The position numbers and the translations under genes are program-made. A stretch of DNA of 64,000 nucleotides from Candidatus Bathyarchaeota archaeon. Its GTDB lineage: Archaea > Thermoproteota > CALKCG01 > B24 > DRYS01. Positions 61,823-64,000 of this stretch are shown piece by piece. Below the pieces are notes generated by a model that saw only the letters and a list, made by a program, of their open reading frames with translations, made no database searches and had not been told where the DNA came from. The stretch is from contig JAGTQC010000002.1 in the NCBI GenBank assembly GCA_018396535.1, positions 128,001-192,000 of the forward strand, in the 5' to 3' direction. Positions within the stretch are counted from its first letter, which is position 1, and each line of letters begins with the position of its first letter.

Positions 61823-62886
61823 ATGACTTTGAATCATCTTGAGAGATTTCATAGAGTCTTTAAATTTATGGAGGTAGATAGGGTTCCGGACTATGAATTC
61901 GGATATTGGACTGAAACTATAGATAGGTAGCATAGGAAAGGTTTGCCTATAGATAATAAGACGAATAGGGATATAGAACTGTATCTAGGACTTGAAGAAT
62001 GAGATTGTATAGAGATGCTACCGGTTAGAGTTGGCTTGTGACCTATACCTCCGAGTAGAATTATAAAGGAAGATGAAGAGCATGCAGTAGTTGACGATGG
62101 TATAGGTGGAATCTATGTATCGTATAAGAAGGGGTCTACACCACCATACTATATAAGGTATCCGATAAGAAGTCGTAACGATTGGGAGAGACTCAAACAA
62201 TTCTTCAATCCGAATACCCCCGGTAGGATACCTTTAAACTGGGATGAAGTAGTTGAATCATATAAAGATAGAAGTTACCCATTAGGTATAGGATCGTTTA
62301 GTCTCTATGGATGGCTTAGGAATTGGATGGGTATACAGGGGTTATCTATAGCTTTCTATAGAGACCCAGATTGGGTATGTGAAATGATGGATACACTCGT
62401 AGAATTATGGGTAGAATTGATTAGGAAGTATTGAAAGATATCAAAGTGGATTTTGCAACATGGTAGGAAGATATGTGCTATAATAGGGGGCCTATGATAT
62501 CGCCTAGAATTTTCGAAGAGTTTATGGTTCCAAGATATAAAAGGGTTAACGAGATTGCGATGGCGAAGTATATAGACTGATACCTGGATGGATTAAAGGA
62601 GGTATAAACGCTCTTCTACCATTAGAGAGTAGGTGTAACGATATAGTTAGACTTTGCGAGGAATATCATGGTAGATTCGTATTTATGGGCGGAGTGAATA
62701 AGATAGCGTTGATACTAGGCGAAAAAGCTATAGATTCTACTATAGAAAAGCTTAGGTCTATACTAGAGACTGGTGGGTATATACCTATGGTCGATCATAG
62801 ATGTCCACCCGAAGTATCGTATCGAATATACCTATACTATCTTACTTAAGAGTAAAAGGAAGCTTATAGGAAAGAGAGAACTATAG
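61823..62886 (+). pseudogene. Uroporphyrinogen decarboxylase (URO-D/MtaA)-family pseudogene
   Basis: Manual translation gives ERF...VDRVP..EFGYW.ETI, LYGWLRNWMG, EDM.Y..GP.ISP, DCDG, GGVNK, GGYIP..DH..PPEVS. It has four in-frame stops and about three frame disruptions. Confidence 0.85.
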
Positions 62887-63003
62887 GATTGTACGGTTAC
62901 TATTATCGATTATGTATAAGACTTATCTAATCTATAGAAGCCCATCCCTTAGATTTACACTAAAAAATATTTTTACTTCTCACCAACCAAAATAATAGTA
63001 AGT

Positions 63004-64000
63004 ATGGGTAGATTATTTGGTACGAACGGTGTTAGAGGTATACTTAACAAAACCATAACAATCGATACTCTGATTAGGCTTGGCTATGCTATAGGGACGT
63101 TTTTTAAAGGCGGTAGGATCCTTGTAGGTATGGATGGAAGGGTAGGTAGCCCTGTAGCGAAGACTGCTACTATCTCAGGTCTATTAGCGACTGGATGTGA
63201 AGTATTGGATGCAGGGTTAGCGCCGACACCTACTATTCAATATGATGCTAGATTCAACGATGTAGATGGCTGCGTTATATTCACAGCATCTCATAACCCT
63301 CCGGAGTATATAGGTATAAAGGTATGTGGACCAGATGGCGTTGAGATACAACGTGAGGATGAGGAGAAGATAGAATCGATATTCTTTGAAGGAAAGTATA
63401 ACCTTGTAGGATGGAATATGGTTGGTAGGGTTAGAGGTATAGTAGGTTCGATAGAAAGGTACGTAGAAGCTGTAGTTAAACATGTCGATAGAGAATCTAT
63501 CGCTAGAAATAGGTATAGGGTGGTAGTGGATCTAGGGAATGGTGTATCAGCATTAACGATACCATATATTCTCAGGTTTTTAAAGTGTGAAGTCTACACG
63601 ATAAACGATCATATAGATGGATTCTTCCCAGGTAGATCCCCAGAGCCATCTGAGGAGAATCTAGGTATGCTTATTAAAGCCGTTAAGGCATTTGACGCGG
63701 ATTTAGGGGTAGCATACGATGGGGATGGGGATAGAGCTATATTCGTAGATGAGAATGGTGTATTCCACCATGGAGATAGGAGCCTAGCTTTAATAGAGGA
63801 TTATGTGATGGAAGTGAAACCTGGGGCTACACTGGTAACTCCTGTTAGTACGTCACAAATAGTTGATGATGTAGCTAAGATGAGGGGGGGTAAAGTAATG
63901 CGAGTTAGAGTTGGTAGTGTGGATGTATCATGGACTATGAAGAGATTGAATGCAGAATTAGGTGGAGAGGAGAATGGTGGCATATTTTACGGCCCACATC
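63004..64000 (+). CDS. Phosphohexomutase (phosphoglucosamine mutase/PMM-PGM), runs off the right edge
   Basis: MGRLFGTNGVRG, TASHNPPEY, YDGDGDR, GGEENGG. Confidence 0.93.
   Translation, partial: MGRLFGTNGVRGILNKTITIDTLIRLGYAIGTFFKGGRILVGMDGRVGSPVAKTATISGLLATGCEVLDAGLAPTPTIQYDARFNDVDGCVIFTASHNPPEYIGIKVCGPDGVEIQREDEEKIESIFFEGKYNLVGWNMVGRVRGIVGSIERYVEAVVKHVDRESIARNRYRVVVDLGNGVSALTIPYILRFLKCEVYTINDHIDGFFPGRSPEPSEENLGMLIKAVKAFDADLGVAYDGDGDRAIFVDENGVFHHGDRSLALIEDYVMEVKPGATLVTPVSTSQIVDDVAKMRGGKVMRVRVGSVDVSWTMKRLNAELGGEENGGIFYGPH

Noticed and set aside
5877-62466. Genome-wide TAG/TGA reassignment (Pyl, Sec or Trp)
   Set aside because: TAG and TGA terminate many intact genes here (for example cooC, elp3, rtcB and trpB2), and the URO-D copy also has frameshifts.
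166-63983. Numerous antisense or overlapping ORFs in the track (for example 2341-3129, 5990-6445, 47481-48080, 49622-50311, 34338-34637)
   Set aside because: They are shadows of well-supported genes or tRNAs on the opposite strand, Ser/Ile/Leu-rich and without motifs.
1-64000. CRISPR arrays, rRNA genes, intact IS elements, inteins
   Set aside because: None were seen on reading; RtcB and the other core proteins have normal lengths.

Overview
Archaeal chromosomal window, probably from a TACK-superphylum heterotroph (Bathyarchaeia/Brockarchaeota-like; the lineage is inferred from gene content). It is densely coding. Core genes include glnA, trpB2, elp3, pyrF, rtcB, a GPN GTPase, nfo, uppS, the HMG-CoA synthase/thiolase/DUF35 trio, thyA, alanine dehydrogenase and a phosphohexomutase. 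It also has tRNA-Asp(GTC), tRNA-Gly(GCC) and three glycoside hydrolases (GH31, GH116, GH38). A five-gene operon joins a glutamate-synthase-like flavoprotein, an unassigned tandem-Cys protein, an aldehyde:ferredoxin oxidoreductase (AOR), a ferredoxin and a SAMP. There is an SbcCD-type Mre11/Rad50 pair with variant motifs. A decayed ~6.4-kb island at the 3' end of tRNA-Asp carries an integrase stub, VapBC and MFS relics, and an intact glycosylation cassette. Features missed by the ORF track are a candidate K-turn guide RNA that may pair with the 23S rRNA A-loop (56958-57019), a second Lrp-type gene, a CdrS-like RHH gene, a URO-D-family pseudogene, and genes that appear to start at CTG or ATC. 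All family calls come from motif recognition by eye; no searches were run.
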